From positions 1-56,762 of the forward strand of contig JBFHXD010000002.1 of the NCBI GenBank assembly GCA_041599135.1: 56,762 nt of DNA. The letters run 5' to 3'. Shown here piece by piece: positions 10,237-19,967 of the stretch. The stretch's first letter is position 1; every line of letters starts with the position of its first letter. Made by a program: the position numbers and the translations under genes. Below the pieces are notes generated by a model. The model saw only the letters and a list, made by a program, of their open reading frames with translations, was not told the DNA's origin and ran no database searches. Source of the DNA: Candidatus Methylomirabilales bacterium (lineage in GTDB: Bacteria; Methylomirabilota; Methylomirabilia; Methylomirabilales; CSP1-5).

Positions 10237-12420
10237 ATGAAGATCGTTGGTTTTGACTGTGGCAGTACCACCGTCAAGGCGATTGTCGTTGAAAACGGCG
10301 CAGTCCTCTGGAAGGACTACCGCCGGCATGGGACCAAGATTGCCGAGACCACCCTGGATTTTCTGAGCCGGATAGAAGCCGAGTCCGGATTCCAACCCGG
10401 GAACGACAGAATTTACATCACGGGCTCATCCGGCGGGCCCATCACCCAGCTCATCGGCGCCAAGCACGTCCAAGAAGTGGTCGCGGTCGCGGCAGCCGTG
10501 GAGAAGCTCCATCCCGAGGTCATGTTTGTCTCCGAGATCGGCGGGGAAGACATGAAGACGATCTTCTTCACGAAGATGCTCGGGAATGGGAAGTCGAAAC
10601 AGGTGATGATGCAGTCCGCCTGCGCCGGGGGGACTGGCAATTTCATCGAAAAAACGGCCCGGAAGTTGGGCGTCATAGACAAGCTCGTCGAGATGGGGTA
10701 CGCGGGCTATGCACTGCACAAGGTGAGCCCCAAGTGCGGCATCTTTGCCGAAGCGGATGCGAATTCCTTGGTCAAAGCCGGCGTCCCCGTGGAGGAGATC
10801 ATCGCGAGTCTTTTCGAGGCGGTGGTGTATCAGAACCTGGCGACGCTCACCAAGGGCAATACGCCGATGCCGGAGGTGCTCCTGTTGGGCGGGCCCAATC
10901 TCTTTTTCCACGGACTGCAGCAGGCCTGGAGGCATCACCTCACCAAGCTGTGGACAGAAAGAAAGGTGTCGATCCCCGATGGGAAAGATCCGGAAAGCCT
11001 CATCTGCGTCCCCCAGGAAGCCCTCTACTATACGTGTCTCGGATGTGTCGAGACTGCTCACGGGGAGCCCCCCGGGGTAGGGATCTATGCCGGACGAGAG
11101 CGACTCCAGTGGTGGATCGAGGAGGGGCAGTACGAGCAGAAGAAAAAAGAGGGTGGAAAGGGTTTGTGGACCACCGTTGAAGATCTCGATGGCTTCAAGC
11201 GGGTGTACGCCGAGAATGGCAATGGACGCTCTGACCCTCAGCGCAATGGATCCATCCTGCAAGTCGTTTGCGGAATGGATTTTGGATCGACCACGGCGAA
11301 GTTCGTGTTGCTGTCACCGGAGCGGGAGATTCTTGCAACCGGATACGCGATTTCCCACGGAAACCCCATTGAAGACGCCAAGACCCTCTTTCGGCAGGTC
11401 AAAGCGGCTCTGGGCAACGGCGAAATTCTGGCAGTCAGTGTCACCGGCTATGGAAAAGACCTGCTCAAAGACATCATTGGTGCGGACGTCCCCGTGGTAG
11501 AAACCGTGGCCCATGCGGCGGCGGGTCTCCATTTTTTCCCGGATGCCGACTGTATTTGTGACGTCGGAGGGGTCGATGTCAAGATCATGATCCTCCGGCA
11601 GGGGACCGTCTCAGATTTTCGCCTGAACTCCCAATGCTCCTCCGGAAATGGGGCGTTTCTGCAGGGGGTGGCCGAGCGCTTCACGATTCCCCTGGAAGAG
11701 ATTGCCGACCGCGCCTTCCTGGCCCAGGCCAAGCCGATGCTGAGCATGGGGTGCGGGGTGTTCCTGCAGAGCGATATTGTCAATCAACAACGGAAAGGCT
11801 GGCAGGCGAATGAAATTTTGGCCAGCCTCTGCGGCATCCTCCCCTTGAACGTCTGGGTGTACGCTGGGGGCCTGACCAATCTCGGTCAGGTGGGGAGAAA
11901 GTTCATCTTGCAAGGCGGCACGCACAGAAACCTGGCCGTGGTAAAGGCACAGGTGGACTTCATCCGATCCAAGGTTCCGGATGCGGAGATCGTGGTGCAT
12001 CCCTACTCAGGGGAGGCTGGCGCCATCGGGGCCGCCTTGGTGGCCTTGGACTGGTGGGTGAAAGGAAATCGGACTCGCTTCCGGGGATTTGAAACCATTG
12101 AATCTCTGACCTACAATACCGTCACCTCCCTGGATACGATCTGTAAGTGGTGCCCAGTGAACTGCAAGAGAACCTTCGTGGACGTCCAGGTCCCTGACGG
12201 GAAGGGGCGATCCTGGAGCAAGGTCCCGCTGGCAGAAGGGTGGGAGCGGGTAATCGTGAATAACTCCTGCCCGAAGGGGCTGGTCGAGGACGCCAACGAA
12301 ATGCGGGTCATTAAAACCGAGTTGGAAAAGACCAAGGCCGCCTTCCCCAATATCGGCGAATACGTCCGGCAACAGGGCTTTCGACCGCCACGGAGTTCAG
12401 CGGCATGCTCGGTCTCCTAA
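10237..12420 (+). CDS. Double BadF/BadG/BcrA/BcrD-type ATPase (dehydratase/reductase activase-like)
   Basis: Two ASKHA-fold units, each opening with an activase-type phosphate-1 motif (VGFDCGSTTVKAIV and CGMDFGSTTAKFVL). C-terminal Cys cluster (CKWCPVNCK...NNSCPKG). 727 aa. Confidence 0.85.
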   Translation: MKIVGFDCGSTTVKAIVVENGAVLWKDYRRHGTKIAETTLDFLSRIEAESGFQPGNDRIYITGSSGGPITQLIGAKHVQEVVAVAAAVEKLHPEVMFVSEIGGEDMKTIFFTKMLGNGKSKQVMMQSACAGGTGNFIEKTARKLGVIDKLVEMGYAGYALHKVSPKCGIFAEADANSLVKAGVPVEEIIASLFEAVVYQNLATLTKGNTPMPEVLLLGGPNLFFHGLQQAWRHHLTKLWTERKVSIPDGKDPESLICVPQEALYYTCLGCVETAHGEPPGVGIYAGRERLQWWIEEGQYEQKKKEGGKGLWTTVEDLDGFKRVYAENGNGRSDPQRNGSILQVVCGMDFGSTTAKFVLLSPEREILATGYAISHGNPIEDAKTLFRQVKAALGNGEILAVSVTGYGKDLLKDIIGADVPVVETVAHAAAGLHFFPDADCICDVGGVDVKIMILRQGTVSDFRLNSQCSSGNGAFLQGVAERFTIPLEEIADRAFLAQAKPMLSMGCGVFLQSDIVNQQRKGWQANEILASLCGILPLNVWVYAGGLTNLGQVGRKFILQGGTHRNLAVVKAQVDFIRSKVPDAEIVVHPYSGEAGAIGAALVALDWWVKGNRTRFRGFETIESLTYNTVTSLDTICKWCPVNCKRTFVDVQVPDGKGRSWSKVPLAEGWERVIVNNSCPKGLVEDANEMRVIKTELEKTKAAFPNIGEYVRQQGFRPPRSSAACSVS

Positions 12421-13598
12421 GAAAGAAAGCCGCTCCTGACGTCAGCGTCCAGCGGGCCAAGCGGGCAGAGCTGCGCGTGGGCATTCCGCGCACGCTCAAT
12501 CTCTGGAACACCCACCAATTTTGGACCGGCTTCCTCGTTGCCCTTGGGATCAAGCCGGAACACATTGTCTTTAGCTCGGAAACGTCAGAGGAGCAGTTCA
12601 AGCAGTTCGGCAAAGGGCGGGGCACCGTGGATTGCTGCTATCCCGTCAAATGCATCAGCGGTCACTATGGCGAGCTGGTTGCTCACAAGAAACGCGTGCA
12701 ACTGATCTTGTCCCCCATGATCTATTCGCTCCCCTCGCCCCTCCAGGGCCATGTCCACGACACCTTGAGCTGCCCACGGGTCATGGCCGGTCCGGAGAAC
12801 ATCAAGGCCGGATTTCTCAAGGAGCGGGACGTCTTTACCGAAAACGGCATCACGTATACCTCCCCGTTTGTATCACTGGGTGAACCGCGCCTGGTCGCAA
12901 AGCAACTCTATGAATGTCTCAGCGAGCCACTGGGTCTCGAGATGGAAGAAACCAGGCGGGCGGTGGAATCCGGGTACAAAGCCCTGCATGAGTTTAATCA
13001 AAAGATGAGAGCCAATAGCAGAGAGGTCCTGTCGTGGTGTGCTCGCGAGCACAAGCCCTGCATTTTAGTCCTGGCCCGCCCCTATCACATGGACTCCGGC
13101 ATTGGACATGAGATCGAGGTGGATCTTCAGGCGAATGGGTATCCCATCCTCTGGAACCAGTACCTCCCCGTAGACGAGGATGTGATGCAGTGGCTGTTTG
13201 GGGAAGAGATCAGCGCCGGGATTATCAAGAGCGCCTTTGATATCTCCGACGTGTGGGGTTCGTCGTATTCCTCCAACACCAACGAGATCCTCTGGGGGGC
13301 GAAGGTGGCCGCCCGGATGCCCTGGATCACCTGCGCGGTCCGTCTCTCGAGCTACGAATGCGGGATGGACCAACCCACCTACACGCCGACCCAGGCGATC
13401 GTGGAGCGCTCAGGCACGCTCCACTTCAAGTTCGGGGACCTCGACGGCACCAAACCCGGGGGATCGATCAAGATCCGGGTGGAGACCATCCACTACTATA
13501 TCCAGCAGTCCTATCTCGGCATCATTGAGAATAAACTCAAGCGATTGCCGAGCCCCAGTCCGCTTCTCAATGAAATTTCCACTCGTGTCGTCGTGTGA
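12405..13598 (+). CDS. DUF2229-like 'CoA enzyme activase' associated domain protein
   Basis: Overlaps the preceding gene by 16 nt. RVGIPRTLNLWNTHQFWTGFLVALG...VDCCYPVKCISGHYGEL matches my memory of the DUF2229 N-terminal signature. Confidence 0.7.
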   Translation: MLGLLRKKAAPDVSVQRAKRAELRVGIPRTLNLWNTHQFWTGFLVALGIKPEHIVFSSETSEEQFKQFGKGRGTVDCCYPVKCISGHYGELVAHKKRVQLILSPMIYSLPSPLQGHVHDTLSCPRVMAGPENIKAGFLKERDVFTENGITYTSPFVSLGEPRLVAKQLYECLSEPLGLEMEETRRAVESGYKALHEFNQKMRANSREVLSWCAREHKPCILVLARPYHMDSGIGHEIEVDLQANGYPILWNQYLPVDEDVMQWLFGEEISAGIIKSAFDISDVWGSSYSSNTNEILWGAKVAARMPWITCAVRLSSYECGMDQPTYTPTQAIVERSGTLHFKFGDLDGTKPGGSIKIRVETIHYYIQQSYLGIIENKLKRLPSPSPLLNEISTRVVV

Positions 13599-13623
13599 GG
13601 AACAGCATCACGCCGGATTGCTC

Positions 13624-14028
13624 TTACCCGCGAGAATTGTCGTTTGTGTTCGTCTGTAGGGACCGGATGTATCCACCGATCTCCCGCCGCGAATCCTCCG
13701 ACACATCGACCAACTCGAGCCCCGTGCGATAGACACAGTCTCGCTCCCCGCCGGGCCACGTTTCATAGCGGTAGACCACTGTTCGGATAACCCGACAGTC
13801 GACACTGACCTTTTCCCCGCGCAACAAGAGGATCAGGATGGTCATGGTGCCGGGTCGAATGATGTACGAGTGTTCGATCAGGGCCCCGCCCAAACTGATA
13901 TCAACTACAGATACCTCATGGGTATTACCAATCCATCCTGACAGCCATCTCCCGGCCCGCCACCGGGGGAACCGCCGCCTCTCCGATTTCGCCTGGTCCA
14001 CCGGCTTTCCTACCCGTTGACGTTTCAT
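13624..14028 (-). CDS. PilZ-domain protein (c-di-GMP receptor candidate)
   Basis: RRFPR (RxxxR) followed by DISLGG (D/NxSxxG) at the appropriate spacing. 134 aa. Confidence 0.75.
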   Translation of the reverse strand: MKRQRVGKPVDQAKSERRRFPRWRAGRWLSGWIGNTHEVSVVDISLGGALIEHSYIIRPGTMTILILLLRGEKVSVDCRVIRTVVYRYETWPGGERDCVYRTGLELVDVSEDSRREIGGYIRSLQTNTNDNSRG

Positions 14029-14540
14029 GCGGCTTGTTCATCTCCTCCGATAAGGAGAGACAGAGGGAGTTGGTGATATTTCTGGACTTTGATTTCGATC
14101 ATCTTCCCCTGTGCCTCTGTGGTCTTGGGCAGGTGGACCTCCAAGACACCATCCTTGAAGGTCGCACTGACCCTGTCGGCATCCACACCAGTAGCAAGCG
14201 TCAGACTGCGCGCGAAGAACCCAGCCACGGGTTCAGAGCAGTCGTCTTCCTCGCTCGATTGCTTCCACTCTCCCCGGATGGTCAGGACGCCGTCCTCCAC
14301 CGCAACTGCGATGTCGTGCTGGTGCAGACCAGGAAGGTCCGCCCGGAGGATCACCTCTTCCTTCCGGTCGAGCATAGCCACGGCCGGCGCCGAGCGGCCT
14401 GTTTCGCCGGTCCATCGCGACCAGGGTTGCTCCCGGAATAGCCGGTCGAACGCTTTTTCCATCTCTCGTTCCATCCGGACCTGCACCCGAAACGAGCCGC
14501 GCGCCGGGCCCCATCTCGGCCACCATCGCTCGATTGCCAT
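14025..14540 (-). CDS. Hsp20/alpha-crystallin small heat-shock protein
   Basis: Alpha-crystallin core (PAVAMLDRKEEVILRADLPGL...GVLTIRGE...ATFKDGVLEVHLPK). 4-nt overlap with the downstream PilZ gene. Confidence 0.85.
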   Translation of the reverse strand: MAIERWWPRWGPARGSFRVQVRMEREMEKAFDRLFREQPWSRWTGETGRSAPAVAMLDRKEEVILRADLPGLHQHDIAVAVEDGVLTIRGEWKQSSEEDDCSEPVAGFFARSLTLATGVDADRVSATFKDGVLEVHLPKTTEAQGKMIEIKVQKYHQLPLSLLIGGDEQAA

Positions 14541-14608
14541 GATTGTGCCTCGCTTGCCTCCCCACGATAAACCGGGGTGGGAGAAGGGCGCCCGTCGCTC
14601 TACTCGGC

Positions 14609-14926
14609 CTAGTGATTAATCCCTGGTTTCACCGTCCACCTGATGATCTCTCTGAGCAATGCCGCGCGCTCTATGCTTTCCCTCATCTGCGTGAGCTTGG
14701 CCACCAACTCCCGCTCGATCTCCTTGCTCTCGGCCACGAGGCGATCGTACATTTCGCAGGCTTCCATGTGCATACGGTCCTGAACCTCCGTGAGCTTGTC
14801 CCGAACCGCCTCAACGGAAGCTTGCTGGCCCCTGCCAAACACTTCCTCTGAAATCGTGCAGATCTCCTTCCGATAGCGATCGATGAGTTCCGTCATACCT
14901 AACATACGTTGCTCAAGTGGCTTCAT
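14609..14926 (-). CDS. Hypothetical helical protein
   Basis: 105-aa ORF with codon usage like neighbouring genes (GAG/AAG/ATC/CTC rich). No recognisable domain. Confidence 0.5.
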   Translation of the reverse strand: MKPLEQRMLGMTELIDRYRKEICTISEEVFGRGQQASVEAVRDKLTEVQDRMHMEACEMYDRLVAESKEIERELVAKLTQMRESIERAALLREIIRWTVKPGINH

Positions 14927-15031
14927 GGAGCGCTCCTCAGGTTATCTCTTCCGGACACGTTTTCGTTGTCGACTGTTCCAGTAGTCGCCCGTGTGACCCG
15001 TGCACAGCAAAGCCAGGTGCAGGCATTGTTC

Positions 15032-15271
15032 TCACGCGGCATTCTCGACACGTTCGGCGATCAGTTGCAGGAACGCCACGGCCTCCTCGGTCGTAAAGAT
15101 CCCGATCTCCTGGGCCTGGTTGGCGATCCCTTCCCAAGTTGCTCCCTTCCCTTGGTCTGCGTCCCGACACCGGACTCGCTCATAAATGGCGGCCAAGAGG
15201 TCGGGCGGCGCCCGGACGATCAGTTTGCGGAGCAACTCTTGTCCTTTCATGTTTTTGCCTTCCACGGTCAT
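15032..15271 (-). CDS. Hypothetical small protein
   Basis: 79-aa ORF with a purine-rich RBS-like AAAGGGGG upstream. No recognisable domain. Confidence 0.45.
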   Translation of the reverse strand: MTVEGKNMKGQELLRKLIVRAPPDLLAAIYERVRCRDADQGKGATWEGIANQAQEIGIFTTEEAVAFLQLIAERVENAA

Positions 15272-15569
15272 CTCAACCCCCTTTCAGCCGGGCCATCAGC
15301 GCGATGGTGTCCTCCGTCTGCGTCCATGGCGAGTAAGGTCCTCGATCCACACACGACTGAACGGCAGCACCAGAGGAAGAACCAACACCTTTTGTTTAAA
15401 CCAAGGGGTTATCTCGAACCGGATTATCCGCTGTCGAAAAAAATCGCCCCAAGGAGAACCCGTTTCCTCCTTGAGGCGTCATGGCCTTTGCCGAGTGGCG
15501 CGCCCGAGGCGCCCCTCGACTGCATGCACAATTTTGCGTCTAGATTCTCACCGAATCCCTCTTCTCATG

Positions 15570-16187
15570 TCAAGAAATTTCTTCGAAGGGGGCAAGGAGT
15601 TCATCCGCCTTTAAGATCGTGCCGGCAACGACCTTGAGGCTCGTTCTCGTGGTGCGGCTTTTGTGTTGCATCCGTCGGAAAGCCTCGGCCTCAGAAAGCT
15701 GCAGCCGGTTCATCAGGACCCCTTTCGCCTTCTCCACCACTTTCCTGGTCTCCAGCGCCTCCTTCAGGTCGCTGACCTCCCGACGCAGGGTATCAAGCTC
15801 CCTGAAACGGGCCAAAGCCACCTCGATCGTCGATCGAAGGGTACTCTCATTTACCGGCTTCAACAGGTAGGCCATCGCTCCGGCCTCCCCGGCTCGCTGG
15901 ACAAAATCCTCTTCGGGGTAGGCGGTGAGGAAGACGATGGGAACAGCGACCTCTCCGAGGATGGCGCGCGCTGCTTCGATCCCGTCAAGACGGGGGATCC
16001 GGATGTCCATAATGATGAGGTCCGGATGGAGCTACGACGCAAGCCCAACCGCCTCTTGCCCGTCCTTCGCCACACCGACAACGCGGTGGCCGATGCCTTC
16101 AAGCTGGCCCTTCAGCCCGGCGGCCACAAGGCCTTCGTCCTCGACGACGAGAACCGCAAGGTCCTGATTGAGTCCCTGAGAAGTCAC
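15570..16187 (-). pseudogene. REC-ANTAR response regulator interrupted by an in-frame TAG (16032-16034)
   Basis: Reading the minus strand from GTG 16187 gives VTSQGLNQDLAVLVVEDEGLVAAGLKGQLEGIGHRVVGVAKDGQEAVGLAS*LHPDLIIMDIRIPRLDG..., continuous with the track ORF 15570-16010. That ORF carries the rest of the receiver (KP motif) and an ANTAR domain (VVEKAKGVLMNRLQLSEAEAFRRMQHKSRTT). Lies 26 nt downstream of the histidine kinase stop. Confidence 0.75.
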
Positions 16188-16213
16188 TGCATAGCCTCGT
16201 TACAGTCCATATA

Positions 16214-18028
16214 CTAGCTATCTGTCAGCTGTGGTTTCGGGAACCGGACGGTCGCGAGCGTTCCCCTGTCATTGCGCAGTTGAAACTGCCCCTGGAGGTC
16301 GGTCTCGACCAACGACGCGACGATATCCAAGCCCACGCCTTTCTTCCATCCGCCCTCCTTGGTCATCGGGATCCCAATACCGTTGTCTCTGACGGACAAC
16401 TGGATCTCCTCTTGTCTTTCTGTGACGTGAACCTCAATAAGACCGGCATGGCGGGACGGAAAGGCGTGAATGAGAGCATTGGTGATCAGCTCATTGGCGG
16501 CCAAGGCCAAGGAGCCGAGCCACTTGGGCGGAAGCCTCAGAGGAGGGGCGTCGACGGTGATCTTGACATGTTCCTCCCAGCCGATACCCTTCACGACGGC
16601 CTTCGCGACCTTCTCGACCAGCCTCTTCAGATCGAGCTCCCTGAAGTCATCCTGGGCAAGGAGATCGTGGATGGCGGCCAGATGCTGTACCCGATCGATA
16701 CAGGCCTTCAGCGCCTCCTCAGCCGTCCAGCGCCTCTTCCGACCGAGCTCCATGGACAGCAAGCCGACAATCGTTGCCAGGTTATTCCGCACCCGGTGAT
16801 TCAGTTCCCGAAGCAGCAGGGCCTCGGCTTCGGCCGCGCGTTTGCGCTCGGCAATTTCCGTTTGCAAGGTTGCATTAGCTTGCGCCAGCTCGGCTGTCCG
16901 CTTCTGCACGCGCAGTTCTAACTCGTCGTGTGCCCTGCGCAGTGCTTCCTCTGCCCGCTTGCGCTCGGTGAACTGACCGATCCGGCCGCCGATGTCTGCT
17001 GCCATCTCGAGGAGCTCGGGATCGGGCTGCCGGGTCTCGCGGGTGTACAGCACGATAACGCCCGTCACGTCGTCCTCGGCTTCAATCGGAAAGGCCAATG
17101 CAGCGTGCAAACCTATCTTGGCCGCAATGGGAGCCCGGAGGAAATTGGTGTCTGCGAGGATATTAGGAATCCATGCCGCTCGGCGGCTGGCCCAGACGCG
17201 ACCCGGCAACTCGCTTCCCGGTGCAAAGGTGCTTGTGCGACTGATCGCCTCGAATTCCGTGACATCGAGGGCCGGCACATGCCACATGCCATCCCAGCGG
17301 AGCACCTTTGCACTGCGGTCCACGCGCCATAGCTCGCCGAGTTCACATCTCAGGCCCTCGCAGACGGCCTGTAAGAGAGGGAAGGTCGCATCACGGAGCG
17401 TGGCAGCCTCCGCCAGGACGCGCGTGACGGCGAACTGCGCCTTCAGACGACTCTCCGCCCGCTTGCGGTCGGTGGTGTCACGGATGAGCCATCGCAGGCT
17501 TGGCAGCTGCCCCTGCGTGTCGCGGACGGCGGCGACGCTGACCGTCGCAAGGAAGGGGGCACCTCTCAGGGGCTGCAATCGCACTTCCCAATCCCGCACC
17601 TGCGGCAGCGCTGTTAATCGAGTGAGCTGGGACTCAAAGGTCTTACGATCCCGCTCGGCCACAAAGCGCAGTAGCTGTTTTCCGACTAGGTCAGCCGGGT
17701 GTGCGGCGAGCAGCGCAGCGGCGGCGCGATTCGCGTCTCTGATTGTTCCCCCGACATCCGTGACAAGGTACCCATCCAGCGCGAACTCGAACATCTCTCG
17801 GTACCGCTGCCGCTCCGCGTCCGCAGCCCGCCGGGTCACCGCTAACTCGTCGTTCTGTTGCCGAAATTCTTGCGCAGCTTTCTGAAGGTCATGCAGCGCG
17901 TTCGAGAATTCCTTGAGGATCTCAACGGCGAGTTCTTGGACCGGCGACACGCCGACATGCTCTTGGAGATCTTCTAGGAGGCGGTGAACTGCGGAATCAA
18001 TCTCCTGGTACACGGGGCCCTCCTTCAT
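16214..18028 (-). CDS. Cytoplasmic PAS/GAF sensor histidine kinase (HisKA_2/HWE-like H-box)
   Basis: Coiled-coil N-terminus and PAS- and GAF-like middle region. H-box ELNHRVRNNLATIVGLL. HATPase_c N and G boxes (NELITNAL, DNGIGIP). No TM segment. 604 aa. Confidence 0.9.
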   Translation of the reverse strand: MKEGPVYQEIDSAVHRLLEDLQEHVGVSPVQELAVEILKEFSNALHDLQKAAQEFRQQNDELAVTRRAADAERQRYREMFEFALDGYLVTDVGGTIRDANRAAAALLAAHPADLVGKQLLRFVAERDRKTFESQLTRLTALPQVRDWEVRLQPLRGAPFLATVSVAAVRDTQGQLPSLRWLIRDTTDRKRAESRLKAQFAVTRVLAEAATLRDATFPLLQAVCEGLRCELGELWRVDRSAKVLRWDGMWHVPALDVTEFEAISRTSTFAPGSELPGRVWASRRAAWIPNILADTNFLRAPIAAKIGLHAALAFPIEAEDDVTGVIVLYTRETRQPDPELLEMAADIGGRIGQFTERKRAEEALRRAHDELELRVQKRTAELAQANATLQTEIAERKRAAEAEALLLRELNHRVRNNLATIVGLLSMELGRKRRWTAEEALKACIDRVQHLAAIHDLLAQDDFRELDLKRLVEKVAKAVVKGIGWEEHVKITVDAPPLRLPPKWLGSLALAANELITNALIHAFPSRHAGLIEVHVTERQEEIQLSVRDNGIGIPMTKEGGWKKGVGLDIVASLVETDLQGQFQLRNDRGTLATVRFPKPQLTDS

Positions 18029-18219
18029 CTCTCAATCTCCTTTGATCAGCAAAATCGGCCCCTTATAAGTTTACTCTGCGCTCACGGGCAGGATTTAGGG
18101 CTTACAATGCTCCGCCGAGGGGCCTCAGTATCCCCAGACTTGCGGACTCTGTCAAGTGCCAGGAATTTCATGAGAAGTGAGCACCAGTTGGATCGGCACC
18201 GAGGGGAAGGACGGGGTCC

Positions 18220-19431
18220 TCAGCAGATCGGATAGCGCCCCCGGGCCAGCTCCTCGCAGAAGAGGGGCATGCCCTCAAGCTCCTCTTGCACCAACGTGCA
18301 GATCGGATCATCCACATCCGCGAGGGTAAAGCCTGGCTGCAGACGGATCTGCACGGAGGCCATCTGTGGTCGATCAACGGGCTCGCCGATGCGACTGCAA
18401 AGCCAAACCACCACCTCGCGCAACCCCGGAATCTCGGAATAGATCCGGGTCGCCAGCACGTGGGTCAGGACATTGTAGATCTTCCCCACGTGGCTCACCG
18501 GGTTTTTCCCGGCTGCTGCCTCCGACCCCCGGGGGCGGTTCAGTGCGATGAGCCCATTGACCTGGTTGCCGCGGCCGACTTCCCCCGAATCGGCATCTTC
18601 CGCCGAGGTACCTAAAACAGAAAGGTACATCCCGGCTATGCCCGTCCCTGGGCGATCCAGCGTGTTGAGGCTTGTGCTGATCTCGCGCAGATTTTCTCGC
18701 TGGCCACGGAGATGGGCCAGGAGGGCGTCGTGCACCGACTCCTTGCGCCGGAAGTAATCCGTCTCACTCCCCACGTATTCGTCAAGCAGGGGCATGGCGA
18801 TGGTGACCTCGAGCTTCCGGCCCGTGCGGACACCCATGACCTTGACATCCTCCCCGGTTTCAGGAAAGCGACTCTTAAACGCTGGGGAGTTGAGATAGTG
18901 TTCAGTCTGCAGCACCAACCGCTCTGTCTCACTGAGCGGCGCGTATCCCACCGCCGCCGACGTGTCATTGGCCCCGAGCACGCCCTTTTTCTCCAAGAAT
19001 AGGCTAGTCAGCTCTTCCGAGCCGGGCTTGAGCTCGACTTGATACCTAAGATGGTGATCTGGATCGACGCGGCGCAGGTTTTCCCGGAACCACCCCTTTG
19101 CCGTTTCCACCGCAATATCAGCGACATTGAGCTCCTCGTTCCCGACGACCGCGGTGGCGCGATCTCCGATCACCAGCCGCATCGGCTCCAGGACGCGTCC
19201 CCCACCGAAGTGCCGCTCCACCTGGCCTGCCACCAGGAGCCCCTTGTCACAGTTGTGGTGCAGGATGCCGCCGAATCGCTCCACGTAGGCCTTCGACAGC
19301 GCCTGGGACACCTGCTCCATCACGGCGTCGCAGATCGTATCCGGGTGTCCGAGACCCTTACGCTCCACGATTTCGACATCGAGCTCCGCTGCGGAGAGGC
19401 CGCTGATTGGCTGGATATGGATGTTGTCCAT
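18220..19431 (-). CDS. Archaeal-type S-adenosylmethionine synthetase (methionine adenosyltransferase)
   Basis: VERKGLGHPDTICD and GANDTSAAVGYAPLS motifs, with length (~403 aa from MDNIHIQP) as in archaeal-type MAT rather than bacterial MetK. Start moved to the ATG 4 nt after the upstream stop. Confidence 0.8.
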   Translation of the reverse strand: MDNIHIQPISGLSAAELDVEIVERKGLGHPDTICDAVMEQVSQALSKAYVERFGGILHHNCDKGLLVAGQVERHFGGGRVLEPMRLVIGDRATAVVGNEELNVADIAVETAKGWFRENLRRVDPDHHLRYQVELKPGSEELTSLFLEKKGVLGANDTSAAVGYAPLSETERLVLQTEHYLNSPAFKSRFPETGEDVKVMGVRTGRKLEVTIAMPLLDEYVGSETDYFRRKESVHDALLAHLRGQRENLREISTSLNTLDRPGTGIAGMYLSVLGTSAEDADSGEVGRGNQVNGLIALNRPRGSEAAAGKNPVSHVGKIYNVLTHVLATRIYSEIPGLREVVVWLCSRIGEPVDRPQMASVQIRLQPGFTLADVDDPICTLVQEELEGMPLFCEELARGRYPIC

Positions 19432-19435
19432 AGGA

Positions 19436-19966
19436 TCAACCTGACAGGTATCCTTTGTCCACCAGGGTGGCCACGACGCGTCGGGCTGCCACCTCGGGCG
19501 CCTCCCAATCACCATGTACAACCACCTCCGGGCGCTCTGGTGGTTCATATGCCGACTGCAATCCGGGCACGGTGGTGGCTTTTCCTTGCTGCGCCTTGTG
19601 ATAAATGCCCTTGGGGTCACGATCCATGCACACCTTCAGGGGGCAATCCACATAGACCTCGAGAAATCGGGGAATGTGCTGCCGCGCGCGGTCCCGATAG
19701 GCTCGGCGGTTGGCCGTCGCGTCGAAGATCACGGGTACACCGTGCTCGGTGAGAAGCCGGCCCACGTGAGTCATGGCCCCATAAAAGATGTCCCGTTCTT
19801 CTTCATTATAGCGGGGATGAGGGGTGAAGATCCGACGCAAGGCGTCCGACTCTAATACCGCGACGTCAATCCCTCGGGTCGAGAGCTCCCGGGCCAATGC
19901 CGCGGCGACAGTGGACTTGCCTGAAGCTGGCAGGCCCGTGATCCACACGGCGAAGCCCGCTCGCAC
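19436..19966 (-). CDS. cysC: Adenylyl-sulfate (APS) kinase-like P-loop kinase
   Basis: VWITGLPASGKST P-loop, LESDALRR substrate region. 176 aa. Confidence 0.8.
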   Translation of the reverse strand: MRAGFAVWITGLPASGKSTVAAALARELSTRGIDVAVLESDALRRIFTPHPRYNEEERDIFYGAMTHVGRLLTEHGVPVIFDATANRRAYRDRARQHIPRFLEVYVDCPLKVCMDRDPKGIYHKAQQGKATTVPGLQSAYEPPERPEVVVHGDWEAPEVAARRVVATLVDKGYLSG

Positions 19967-19967
19967 T

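Noticed and set aside
16032-16034. In-frame TAG considered as programmed recoding (pyrrolysine or read-through) or an alternative genetic code
   Set aside because: TAG is used as an ordinary terminator by neighbouring genes (for example the HAO-like gene and the VKOR-Trx gene). The position is not a conserved catalytic residue. A nonsense mutation or a sequencing error is the simpler explanation.
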